Shown piece by piece: positions 13,259-26,140 of a stretch of 64,000 nucleotides of DNA. The stretch spans positions 5,630,066 to 5,694,065 of the forward strand of contig OZ316896.1 of the NCBI GenBank assembly GCA_973895155.1. The letters are read 5' to 3'. This DNA is from Marsupella aquatica (Eukaryota; Plantae; Marchantiophyta). The translations under genes and the position numbers were made by a program. Each line of letters opens with the position of its first letter. Within the stretch, counting starts at the first letter, position 1. Under the pieces are notes generated by a model. It made no database searches and was not told the origin of the DNA. It saw nothing but the letters and a program-made list of their open reading frames with translations.

Positions 13259-13883
13259 CCCATGACAGCCGTGGAGATGGCAAGGATGATCATGAGAGAG
13301 CTGCCGTCGGATGACTTCCGGACTGACGAGGAGGTAACGGCTAAACAAATTGATTTCGGCAACGGTCTCGGAATCGAGACAACTGAGATGGTGAACGGGA
13401 TCAAGAGGAGAGATCTGTCGAAGATGATCGAGGAGAGGAAAGTGTTCAAGGCAGACTTCTACGATCATTACGGAGATAAACCGGCGACTGGTAAGCACAA
13501 AGAGAAAACCCCCAATAAAAAATGAATTCAACCATCTCATGCACACATTAAGCACTAACTCCGTGTTGAAAACAAATGCAGGTGTCATGAAGGAGATTCT
13601 TAGGTACATGGCAGTTCCGTTCGAGGAAGACCAGCTCACTTACAAGGACGGGATGCGCGAGTACATCCAGGTCACAAAGGGAGCTCGTCTAGAGCAACTG
13701 ACCAGATTGAGGCATGATTTCAAGATGCCACTTGATATGTTGGTAGGGCTGACACATCAGCAATCCCAGTCCCTGATCGACAGGGTGAGGAGGAGCAGCA
13801 ACCAGGGGCTGCTATCTGACGTCCCTGCCCAAACAACAACGGAACAACCCACCACATCCAAGCGCAAATTCAACGCAATGTGA
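13259..13883 (+). pseudogene. Unknown ORF downstream of the helicase fragment, split by a frameshift in an A-run near 13520
   Basis: Adjacent ORFs 13253-13525 and 13539-13883 have coding-like composition and are preceded by a plausible intron (gtaaac at ~13122 to atgcag at 13258). Confidence 0.35.
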
Positions 13884-14905
13884 CAGTTGTTTCCATGATG
13901 TAGTACAAGTTTCATTTTTCAGAACAATGTGGTGTATCATGCAAAAACAAATTATGACATGTCCCAATAAAGATACCCATTGCCGGAAACATATTTATCT
14001 ATATCAAAAATAACTATCTACTTTTTAACACATTTTTTATTTGTATCAATAACTATCCACTTTTCAATCTCAATCGAATAAAAACAGGTGGGGGTCCACG
14101 AACTAATTTTGGCTTTTCTTGGGGTTTTCCCTTGTTGCTTTCCCTTTATTTGATCTCCTGTCTCTTAGATCTTGTCCCCTGGATGAATCTTGTCCCCTGG
14201 ATGACTGCCTTTTGGTTTTTGACAGTGAGTTATATGTATCTGCTAGGCGTTTGTCTTGTTGATTAGCCAGTTTCCCACCTAGCCACACCCCATGTTAGCC
14301 AAAATCTGATAATTATCCTTAAATATAACTTTTGCCATTTGTAAAAGAAAAAGAATCCTAAATAATTACCTTGGTTCTTGCAATGATATTTGGTACAAAG
14401 CACATTTGTTCCCACCAAAGAAAATAGGAGGCCCTTCTTGTTATAACAATAGACTCCGGACCAAACTCGTTTGAAATGAAGGTCAATAAATTGCAACTCC
14501 ATTGAATGGAGGAGCCCAAGTTTAGCCACAGAGGTAGTCTAAAATTCAAGACAATATAAACACTACACATTAGCATTTATTTGGGATCACTGCTTGCCGT
14601 GTAGGATATGTAAACACCCTACCTGAATGGGCCCCAGATTCATGTAAAACCAATTGCATCAGTTTCTCCTCATTGTATGGTCTGACCAAATTTTGTCAGG
14701 GAGGAATTTAAAAGAAACAATGGTCCCCACTTCTTGTAAGGCCACTCTAAAGTACTCAAGGGAACCCATAGTACTCATTTGAACACATACAGTATTAAAG
14801 AACATATCCTATTAAACCCAGATGACACTACTGCAGTTGAAGAAGGGGATACTTTCCCTTCGTTTCTCCCTTTTATTGGGCCTCCTGCCTTTGGCATCTT
14901 CTCTC

Positions 14906-15249
14906 TGTTGAGCATAGACGACATTCGCAACGGCAAGCCCATGAACCATCCAACGCACAATAGTCGACACAGAGAGATACGTGGTTCACCTCCACATGAG
15001 GCTACGTCCACGGGAACACACAAGAGCTTTACTGCACTCTAGGCCGACCGGCCATACCAAACATCCACAGCACAAGCTCTCCCTATCTCTCAACTAGCTC
15101 CGTAACAATGAGCCTAAGTTCCACCAGGGTCTAGCATCAGCCCTGGCTATATGCACACCAACACTACCGCTAACATTAGCTAAGTCCTAACCAGAGTTAG
15201 ACTAACTGTGGTTAGCTCATGAGTCACAAGACTAGAGCAATATCTAACA
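14906..15249 (-). mobile_element. Copia solo LTR (344 bp)
   Basis: TGTTG...TAACA ends with a perfect 5-bp TSD CTCTC (14901-14905, 15250-15254). The first ~200 bp are highly similar to the LTRs at 38863 and 45266. Confidence 0.93.
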
Positions 15250-18200
15250 CTCTCCTTATGTGGGCCTCCCTTTGGTATGTTGTCTTAAGGTTTGATTTTT
15301 TCTGGTTCTTTGGCAATTGATATATATAAACTAGGATACTATCTCTCACTTGATTCAATCAATCATGAGATTGTTGAACTTACCTCAGGGTGCAACTGAA
15401 GACTCCAGCCGAGGAATGTTTTGCCTAATCCACACGCAAGACCCCAAACTGCAAAAGGGATTGGAGGCATTCAAGTGAATCAAGTGGGATGATTTGTGAA
15501 TCCGGATTATCAAGGAGGTTGTTAACCCCATCAATAATCATTCACCTATATCAACGAAGCTCACCAGCCTTGCCCAATTCAGACAACGTCTTGACGGTCA
15601 TCTGTTTTTCAACTCATAAAATTTGCACTTGGCTGACCTTGATGATTCACTTTTTACCTATGAATAGACTAAATACAATAGCCTTAGTGTATGTGAGAAG
15701 TTATGCTCAAGGAGGTGACACTGAATTTGACTCCAGTCTTTTTTTCTAAGGCTGATTAGTTAACGCTTTACTCTGGCACACTCACTTTCCATTTCTTATC
15801 CAATTGACACTTAACAAGTTGACCTTACTTGCTTATAGAGGGGTGACAATTTCCAATCCTTCAATCTACTGAGCTAAGCAGAGAAGCTTCAGTAGCGACC
15901 ATCTTCATGAACCAATGCTAGATTCGATGTATTGCCACAACTACACCCACACATCGCTCAAAGAATGATGGAAACCTACCGCCGGTCAATCAATCTAGCA
16001 ATGCGGATTAGGCACATTCAACTGAGATTGAGAACTTTCTTGAAGTAACAAGCCCACGGTATCTGCATCATCGCTACGAAGGGGAAAGGAGATCTTGCCA
16101 AACCAACTCCCTCCCATCTCAGTGTTGTTCTAGTGGTGACCTTCTTACCCGTAGAAGCTCCTTGTAGCTCCACTACTATAATGTTGACAGACAGATATGT
16201 TGACTATATAGACAGCTAATGTTGACTATAAAGTTTGGCAGACAACTATGGGAGTGCTTGCAAACAAACTGAACATCCGTCTCCTTATTTTTCTGGTTTC
16301 CGTGATCACTAGGTCTCTCAACAAGTGCAACCGTGTAGATTTTGTGGGATGGAGGGGTGGAGACGTTTGCTTGAATGTACAACAACAGGAAAGGGTTTAT
16401 CAGCGACCGAAGGGTGAGATTGAATAGGTTTTGCAGGGGAGTGCCTTTGTGATGTCTACAACGTGACCATGGATGGGTTTGGCAGGGACATACCTTGGGG
16501 CGTTTACCTAGTGTATATATGCTAGTACCACGTGCAATTGTAGCCTAATTAAAATACTCGTATTTTTGCTTAGCAATTTGGGGAATATACCTATTTTATT
16601 TTTTGGGGGTCAATATATTGAGGGGTATTTTAACTTCTAAAATTATCATTTTGAAAAATAAACATACCTATTTTGCTTGCAAAATTTTGTTTGTTAACCA
16701 ACACATCTACCGCGGCGCCAGAGACATTAACCCTTCAATGTCAGACACTTACAAATGTATCAACGGTACATGTAAGGTTCAACTAAGGTTTAACTCAGTA
16801 GATTGTGACTTTGCAACATAGGATACTTGATGCACAATACAAGTAATTTCAACAACTTGCATGAAAGATGTTGAAGATCAAACATGAATTTAATGCATTA
16901 AAGAAGTTGAAAATCAATCTTCTATAGAAGGTTATCTACTATTTTTGGTTAAATTTCTTAAAATTATAAGCTTTGGACATAATCAAGCAAGCCTTGTTAT
17001 AAATAATATTGATCTAGGTATTTATTAGAAACATGTATTTACATCTCCAAATCACTAGCTAATGATGCTACAAGATTAAAAGACTTGTATACCTGTAGGT
17101 AAAATAATTGAACTCCCAAATTAGCCCAAATTCTGGAAAATTAGAGCCGCCTCCACTCTTTGCTCTTATCACTTTAGGGTGCTATAACAACATTACCCTA
17201 CAATGAATATTTACTATTACTCACACCTATCCAAGCTTGCTCCAAGGTTGGCAATATGTCATTATATGAAGTATCAATATATATCTTATGTATTTTTCAA
17301 GGCATTTTATATGTGGACTAATAGGACAATGCCAAATGGACCAATGAAACTATGACATTTGTCATGTAATATGTTTTGGAAAATAACCTATTTTGTAAAT
17401 TACTTTTTTCTAAAATAAAAATAATGAAGTGCCTATTTGACTTTATAAACTCATCCAATGGCTTAAAACACCTTCTTTTGCATCTTATGCTTTTTAATAC
17501 TATGGCTAATTTTTATCGAAAGTACCTATTTTGGATCGGCATGTGGTTCCTAAAGTTTTTGATAGTCGACCCCCCGAGGGACATACCTCCGAGTTACAAG
17601 GGTGGGACGTTTTGCTGCCATGATGAGACACATTGCCCATTGAGGACTAGCGGTGCTTTGCGATAGCTTTGGACAGCTCCTAGAAGCAGTCAACAAGAAT
17701 GAATTTAGGCAATGAAGGCAATTGCCCCAATTTTTGGTTCAAAACTAGCTATTCTACTCAATGCCAAATGTGAACCAATAAGCGTGGATCGATTCTTCAC
17801 CATGAGATTGATTCAATGTAGAGTATCATTTTGGCTGAAGCATCGTCCTTCATTAGCTCACTGACATTTACAAGAACAAGTAATAATATTTTGAAGCACA
17901 TTACTCTCAGTCGAGTTGACAAACAATGTGATTCATTACTCAAGCTCAATGCAGTCAGGCAAAAAAAGACTACTTGCTCTTGGTTGAGTTGACAAGTAGG
18001 CGTGAATATTCCTTCAAACAATGCAGAGAAGCGCAACATAGGGTCGAGGCAATGTAAACAATTTTTTTATGATAAAGAGGCTTCAACTTGAAGTTTGCAT
18101 AAGGAACATCAATCGGAAGAATGAACATCTTTGGCGTACCTGTGCCACTCACGATCTTGCCTTGGCATTTTTGTGTAATGTGGATCGGGCTTAAGAATCA

Positions 18201-18854
18201 TTTTAGCCTTCGCCCAATACTCCCGAATCAGCTTCCCCTCGTTGCCATTCTTTGTCGTCGCTGCCTCAATTGTTATTACATGTGGAAGTAACCTCTATAT
18301 TCTTGAATGCAACACAACAAAACAATGATCTAAACACTCCCTGAACTCTTTTCATTCCCGCATGTCCTCTAATCTCCATTTATCCTTTGGTTCGATGATC
18401 TGCTGCTTAAACAAATTTTTCTCAATCAACTTCTCAAGATAAACTTCAACCACATTAGGCCTGGATGTAGCTTGTGAGGTAACTGCCCTCCTTGTTGTTC
18501 CTCGTCGTGGGCCGTGTGGTGTCCTGCGAGTTGACTGAGGCAAAGTCAATCTAGGTGCTGCCTGAGAAGCATTGGGAGATCTTGTTCTCAGCGGTGTTAA
18601 GGCTAGCTCAGGTTCATCCGGTTGAAGATAACCATGCTCAAACACTCTGTAGCTCTACCAGGCTTTTGAATTCTCCGCCCACTAGGGGTTTAGTTTTCTT
18701 TGCTCCTTTGGGGGCTCTTGGGTTTTTGTGGTTGTTCCTCCGTTGTGATGGGTCTCCTTGCCTTGTTCCACCTCTTGGGTCTTCTTGAGTTCTTGGGTCC
18801 ATTCTCTCTTCTGTTTCCTTCCCTTTTATTATATCTATATTGTGTGCTTTGCCT

Positions 18855-19000
18855 CTGGCACCCTTTCTCCCAGTTTGGCGTTTTTGTCCTCTGGCACTTT
18901 GATATATAAAGTAAATTGAAGAAACAGCTGGCACCCTTTCTTCCAGTTTGGCGTTTTTGTCCTCTGGCACTTTGATATACAAAGTAAATGGAAGAAACAG
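18855..19000. repeat. 73-bp tandem duplication
   Basis: ctggcaccctttct(c/t)ccagtttggcgtttttgtcctctggcactttgatata...gaagaaacag occurs twice. Confidence 0.9.
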
Positions 19001-19410
19001 CAGAAGTTTATGACAGACCAAAAAGTTTGATTCGAAGTACTGCCTTATCTGTAATATGACGAGCCGCCAGCAGTGGCAGGTTCGACGACGTCATCATGGA
19101 CTTCAGGATCGTTGGAGACGTCATGGATTGCAGTCTTCCCATTGTACAAATCCCTTTCGTGCCGGTCGTCTAGAAGTTCTACTGCTCGAGCTACTGTTAC
19201 AGGGTGCTTATTTCAGGGGCAGCATTCTTGCTATCTGTTCTTTGTTAGGAGATTTTTCATGGAGAAGAGAATGTCCTGTTCCAGTTCCCGAGTAACTCTT
19301 CACATTTCTGTCGTTTGAAAGCTCGCCATCCGAGAGGTCGTGCTTGGATTGCTTCCTCGGATTACTGTCGTGACGTCCTCTTTCTCGAGCTTGCATTCAG
19401 TTGGCTTCAC

Positions 19411-19755
19411 TTGTAAGCAGTTCTGCAGAGACACGACGGATCTGGTGTATTTTTTTGCCTTGAAATTTTTATTGAACTCCACAACATATCCAGTATACCA
19501 CGGATTAGCTGATGATATTGTGCTTTGCAAGCAGTTCTGCAGAGCCATGACGGGTCTTATGTATTTTTGTTGCCTTGAAAATTTCATTGAATTCCACGAC
19601 ATATCCAGTATACCACGAATTAGCTGATGATATTGTGCTTTGCAAGCAGTTCTGCACAGCGGTGACAGATCTGTTATATATATTTTTTGCCTTGAAACTT
19701 TGATTGAATCCCATGTATATATGCAGTATACCACGGATCAGCTGATGATTTTGCG
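19411..19755. repeat. About 114-bp tandem repeat, 3 copies, immediately upstream of the MDR gene
   Basis: aagcagttctgca...ttgccttgaaa...cagtataccacg(g/a)at(t/c)agctgatgat recurs, anchored at 19417, 19531 and 19646. Confidence 0.88.
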
Positions 19756-19945
19756 CTGCGTCTGACGGAGAATAGAAGCTGCCATTGAGCACTAGCTTGC
19801 TGGCCGACAGTGGACTTAGTGACTGATAGACTGGAGGAAGGTTTCCACCGACCACGGCATGTTGGTGACGTTTCCTCGTTTAATCTTCTGGGAATTCGGG
19901 AAGACAATTCAATAACGTAGAGCGTGGTGTGTGTGAATTATCATC

Positions 19946-22258
19946 ATGACTTCGAGAGCGGTGAAGCTGACACGACATTCGGGTAAGCCCGAGGAGATTT
20001 ATGAGCTGGTCACCGAAGCGAAGCCACGAGCATCTCCGGGTCACGTTGTGATTCGCATGACCCTAATGCCTGTGAATCCGAAAGATCTCCAAAATGGCGC
20101 AGGGCGCATGTGGCTTACGCTCGATCTGAAGGACATCTACGTCGGTGCTGAAGGGACTGGTGTTGTAGAAGAGGTGATCGTCCACAATTCTCCAGCCCGT
20201 GATGTCCAGAATCAGTAACGAATGAAAAACATTTTCAATTTCTTTGGGAGCTCGCACTTAGGGCAAACTCTCAACAGTTGTGGATGCATTTTGTGATATT
20301 TCCCTCCTCTGTCGCAATAACTCCGACTGACAAACTGTCAAATGCTTTGAACTTCCGCAACTCTGTATTTTTCTCATGCCACTGGTATGACATCAACCTC
20401 TTACTCCGTCTCTTATTCTATGAGTTGGAAAGCATGAAGTGTGGAGTTAGCGTTATCCCTCATATGTGGGGATTGTAGATTCATCTCCCAAAGGATCTGT
20501 TTCTGTGTCTTAGCAATCCCGCCGAGTCAGCAAGGAATTGCACCCGCTCTGACTCGTAGAATCTAGATGCAATTAATTTCATTCACGAGAATTGTTTCGA
20601 TCACATTCATTTGGTGGTGCGAGTGTTAATTCTCCGGAAGACATCCTGTGAATTCCATACAGGTCGGAGAAGGGGTGACCAATTTTATTGTGGGACAAAG
20701 AGTCATACCTTTGATATTCGATCGGTACGTTGCTGAAGGATTTGGTGTCTGGAGAGACTATGTGGAGATCCCTGAAGTGGATCTGATTAGTGTACCGGAG
20801 GATGTTCCTGATGAATTAGCTGCTCAATTTTTCATCACCCCTTGGCTCGTCTATGGGATTCTCAAGGAGATTGATATACCCAAGGGAGGTTATCTTGTTT
20901 CAAATGCTGCTGGATCAGTTGTTGGAAGGTGCGTTTAAGTGATCAGCAGTCTTCTTTGATCAGCAGATCATTAAAGGAAATACGTCCATCAGATTTTTCC
21001 TGCAAATGAAATCCACCGCTAGCATTCCAAAAAGCTTAGACAATGACAATGACTTCCACGTGTTCTACCTGTTGAGCAGACAAATAGTTCAGCTGGCGAA
21101 GCATTGGGGCATTAAAACCATCAACGTTGTAAGAAGACAGGAGCACGTCAAAGATCTAAAAGCTCTAGGGGCAGACGAAGTCATCAATTCCTCGACTGAA
21201 GGTGTGACCGTAGATCTGATATGTCCTCTTTCAAAAATTGCGTGCCTGAACTAAACCAATGTTGAGGGGAGAGTTGGCGTTACGATTTGGTTGCCACATC
21301 TCTTATTGAAAGAATTATTCCCCTAGATCATGGTCTGATGAAAGCCTTGCACTTAGGAATAGCGCTTTTGCCTCTGTATATGTATATGAACAGCTATCCC
21401 ATCAAATTTCTTGTAATTCCTATTGTAACAGTCACACTGATTATATCCCTCACAAATCGTATGTTCATTACTTTGGGGAATACCTCACCCTTAAGTATTA
21501 AAATTAATGCCTTCAAAACGATTCATTGTAGAAAATGAAGTCTTATATACTTGACACAATAGGGTGTCCCTGCTTCATTTTGGCAACAATTCGTTTTGGT
21601 GTCCAACAGGACATAATTATCCTAGAAGTGCTGACAAAAGTGTCTTAAGTCTCTCAGACGTGTTTGCTCGAGTGAAAGAAATTACTGGAGGAAAACTTGC
21701 TTACGGCGTTGTTGATCCAGTAGCTGGTGAAAGTACAAAGGTCCGCAGAGCCCGACTCTTCCCGACTTCAATTCGAAATACTTCGTTCAAATTACAACAG
21801 CGTTACAAAATTCAATGAAATCTTCTTCAATATTCAATTAGAGGTATTGTATATTCAATTAGAGGTATTGTATATTTAAGGGGGAAGATGGAACTGATTA
21901 TTGTGTTTTATCTTGGTGTGGAATCTGTGGAATTATGATGCAGATCTTAGCTACTTGCGTACGAAATGGTGGCAAAGTCTTTCTCTATGGAAGACAGTCG
22001 TCTAACGATGTTATATTCGGTGTAACGGAGTTGGTCAGACAAGTGAGCTTGCGCTTCTTCATTATCAGTGATCTTGGCCACGATCCTTCGAAAAGAAACG
22101 CGACAGTTACTGAAGTGTTCCAACTTCTGCAACAAGGAGTCATTGAACCAATCGTCGGCAAGAGATTTCTGCTGAAGGACTTCAAAGAAGCTATTATAGA
22201 AACTCAGAAGCCGGGTCGTGTTGGGAAGGTTTTACTCATGAACGAGTCCCAGACTTAG
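19946..22258 (+). CDS. Medium-chain dehydrogenase/reductase (quinone oxidoreductase / enoyl-thioester reductase-like), 5 exons, 337 aa
   Basis: Exons 19946-20173, 20663-20928, 21080-21201, 21658-21740 and 21944-22258 have GT-AG introns and total 1014 nt in frame. Motifs: PVNPKD, GAEGTGVVEEVG, NAAGSVVGRQIVQLAKHWGIKTINVVRR, LGADEVI, GKVLL. Confidence 0.93.
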
Positions 22259-23907
22259 AAAAAACTTTCTTCAGGGATTCTGTAAAGTTGTCAGGATGCA
22301 AAGTTGTAAGCTACACAACGACTTGAAGTGGAAACACTTCAACAATAAGGATACTTTGATACAATGCCAGATTCATCCATTCGAAGTTGCCTTCTGACAG
22401 TCAATGTGAAGTTTTCGTGCAAATATACAATTCACAGATGCCCAAACCTCGCATATCTCTGTTATATTTTTGCCTTCAAATCGAAAGACCATGCACCCAT
22501 CAGTAGACTATCATCTTGTGGCATACCCCTGTCGTTCAACACACGACCGTCTGTCAAGAGGAATCATGCATACTTCAAGGTACTGACCGAATGCGAATGA
22601 ACACGGACACCAGGTTACGGAAGGGAACATTTCCTGCGAATTAAAGCTCTGTTTCCATCTCTTTCGCATAAAACGGTTCTTGGCGCCTGTTGCGGATGGT
22701 TTCCTTCCAATGTGAAAGTCTTGCCCGAAATGCCTGGGTCTCTCTGGATACGTTCAGTACTGAACAAGTCTGCAAGAAATGGATCACCAATTGCTGACAT
22801 CAGAATGACCAGGTCTTTCGCCGTGGATTGTAAGGCAACAACGAGAGCCGCGAATGCACACTCTGCCTTGACAAGCAGCGCCCATCCTGCAAAGTCTCTC
22901 CCGTGTGATCTTTCTTACGTTGGCGCGGCGTCACAGTCTTGCCCCTGCAGTCATTTCCATCCTTTGTTTATTGCTTGGTGCCCATGTCCTAGTGCAATCT
23001 CACCATTCCTAGTCTTGCGGGCAGAGTCAGATCCAGAGTCAGATCTCAGCTATGCGCCTCTCGAAAAACAAACCTCGACCAATCAGCTGGGGCATATTCG
23101 GTCCTCCGGTGGTGACAACAACGTGGTGGACCTTCATTTGATGCCTCACCCCTGGCCTTTCAAGTTCGAAAGCTGTCCCGGCCTGCCGTACCACCCCATT
23201 TGGCAGCATCCTGCTCACACTCCACAGCCACAAGACTTCGTGGCCATTTGACTGGGATAGGACGATCACAATTCGCATCCTTCCTGGTTCTTCGCTCCGC
23301 AGCGCTCTTGAATCTTCTGATTGTAGTTTTGTTCTTTCCTCCAAAGCTAAGATCTTCCTAAACGCGTAGTAGATATCGTACGGGCATTGGATCAATTTCT
23401 GTGTAAAGCCAACTTAATCTTAATTTGATCGAGACAAAAATGCATGTGAGTTGAACGTATCGTTGACATTACAAAAAATAAAAATAAAAATAAAATGGCA
23501 AAATAAAGACTCCTAAGAGAAGCTGCCACAGAGCTGCAAGACGACGGGAACAGTCATGTCAAACGGGAAGGGATCAAATCAAGTGAAATTGACAATGGTA
23601 GAGTGCTAGAAAAAGTGCTCTGAACTTCTATGGGCTATGGCGAGAGTGTACGTTCCTAAGGTTGCCTTGTGGCACAAGCGATGTCAAAGGACGGGCTGTA
23701 GTTCTGTTTCTCCGTACCTTGGAAAGCTGACAGTTGCTAGGCAGCGGGAAGAGGCAGCGGGAAGAATAGATTCGGATTCCTGACGAGTGGGAAGCATAAA
23801 TTCGGAGGTCAGCTGGAGAGTCCCTTCATTTGGTCACGAGCTTTGAAAGGTTTTGGCTGCCGATTCGTTCATTATTTGTAACTCGATGGCCACGACTAGC
23901 TAAGACG

Positions 23908-26140
23908 ATGGTTGAATCTGATCTTACTAACCCTCTACTGAAGAAAAATGACCGAGCTGATGGACACGAAGCCACTGAAGTCGATGCGTCCCTTGTGGAG
24001 AAAGGGTTTCCTCTCAGTGATGCTAAGGAGTCGTCACTCCAGGAGAATACCGTCGATACTCGTGGGAAAACTTCATTTTGGCCGACCACCATGAACCTTG
24101 TCAACATTTTGATAGGTCAGTTCAGCTCAATTTTTGGTAGCATTCAAGTGTCGATCCCCTCAGTCCCTCTTTTCGTGCCAGTCGAGCTCATTTGTGTCCG
24201 TGGCCAACTGAAATTTATGACCAGCTGATCGACAATGTTATTTGTTGTCCACAGGTATGGGACTGATAGCTCTTCCAGCTACTTTCGAAGAAGGGGGCTG
24301 GCTGTCGCTAGTTTTACTCTTAGGCTTCGCTTGCATCTGTTGTTATACAGGATTGCTGTTGGGCCGCTGCATGGAAAGGAAATCGGGCATCAAGACCTAC
24401 CCAGATATTGCAGATGCAGCTTTTGGTTCTCGGGGCCGAAACATAATGATGGCAATCATCTTCTTGGATATCTCTGCTTTCCTGGTTGGAAATACCATAG
24501 CGCTGGGTGACAATCTAGCCCGAATCTTTCCAAATGCTAGACTGAATCTCCCATGGTTCGACATCGCGCTGGAGCCTTCGCAGGTTCTTGTTATAATCGC
24601 TGTGTTGGTGGCTTTACCAAGTACATGGCTAAGAGATATGAGTTCGCTTTCCTTTATTTCCGTGGGAGGTGTGGCGACATCTTTTGTTGTAATTGCAGCT
24701 CTGGCATGGGCAGGGCTGTTTGGTGGGGTGGGGTTTCACTATTCTCCCCCACTTTTCAACTTGTGGAATGTGCCAATCGTATCCGGGATCTACGCTTATT
24801 GCTATGCTGGACATATTCTCATACCGAACATCTATAGCGGCATGGCTACTCCAGCTCAGTTTCCACGGGTAAGATCTCAATTGCTAAGTTTTGACTCCCT
24901 CTTTGATTGCCTAATCATTATGCTCCTGGTGCTGAGTGACCGTAATTTATTTTTCGCAGATTGCATTGGTGTGTCACGGTCTTTTGTGAAATTCTATGTT
25001 TCCGTTCTTTGAAATCGTGGAGAATTAAAGGAAGACGTTGGTCAAAATTTTCTTCAGATGATGAACTTAGAGGTGAATTTCCAAACTTGTAAGCAAAGCA
25101 AACTTTTCTGGACTTCACCCGGGAATTTTCATTGTCATGTTCTCCGCGCATTCCAGGGCTGTTCACAGTCAATTGCTGATTAATTCGAGGTTTGTTTATA
25201 ACTTTTTGGTCCGCCGCCGTTGTGGGGAAAAACAAATTGCTCCAGGCATAAAAGTTGTTACACACGACGATAAGAGCAGTGACGCGGCTTTAAATAAACT
25301 GGTGTTCATAAGAGTGCACTACGTGGAAAAAGAACGATGACGATAGCTCTGCTACAGACTCATGAGTCGTCTTTTGGATGTTCGGGCTCCATATTCATCT
25401 TGTGTTGTAGAAACTAAGTGTTCTCGCTCTGTTTTTCATATAATATTTCTTGATCAGTCGGTACTATTGTTTGAGAATGATGTCGCTAGATTGGTTCCTG
25501 CCAACTGCCTCATGGCCGTCTACTATGAAGGTCAGTGCTAACAGCTTCAATCAGGTGATTAATCTCTGCTGAATCTCAAAGTCATAATTCAATTTGGGTG
25601 TGTGTTTGACAGGCTTTGATTGCAGCGTTCTCTATTGCTTCGGTAGTTTACGCAACAACCGCGATCCTCGGGGTTACCATGTTTGGCGAGGACACTCAAT
25701 CTCAAATTACTCTCAACATACCCAGAGATCTTACTGTGGCAACCATTGCCTTATGGACAACAGTGCTCACGCCTCTCAGTAAATATGGTTTGGCCGTAGC
25801 TCCAGCAGCCGAGCAGATCGAAGGCTTCCTTCGATTTCCACAAGATTCAAGGGAGTTTCTGACCCTGAGTACACTCATCCGCACCTTGATTTTATTTTCT
25901 GTGACAGCCATCGCAATAGCACTGCCTTTCTTCCACAACATTCTCGCCCTGTGTGGAGCTTCAATTGCCATGACAATGACAATAACGTTCCCTGCAATCT
26001 GTAACATCAAAATGTTCCGAAGATCACTGTCCTATGCTGAGATTGGTTGCAGTCTGGCCTGCATTGTTGTGGGCGTTTTGTTCTCAATTCTTGGCACTGA
26101 AACTTCAGTCAGGGCTCTAATTGAGGACTTGAGGAGCTGA
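23908..26140 (+). CDS. AVT1: Amino acid transporter, AAAP/Aa_trans family (AVT1-like), 3 exons, 449 aa
   Basis: Exons 23908-24115, 24255-24868 and 25613-26140 (GT-AG, 1350 nt in frame). Motifs: NLVNILIGMGLIALP, GGWLSL, CCYTGLLLGRCM, TYPDIADAAFG, LPSTWLRDMSSLSFIS, YCYAGH, MFGEDTQSQITLNIP. Multiple hydrophobic helices. The symbol is family-level only. Confidence 0.93.

Noticed and set aside
14085-14107. Helitron 3' end (gtgggggtccac hairpin plus CTAA)
   Set aside because: The stem is only 4 bp and the spacing is atypical, so the evidence is insufficient.
16527-17548. AT-rich MITE-like insert bounded by accac(g/a)tgc inverted 9-mers
   Set aside because: The inverted match is too short and there is no TSD.
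22712-23395. Intergenic ORFs of 179 and 118 aa
   Set aside because: No motif, no splice support, and they overlap on opposite strands; probably spurious.
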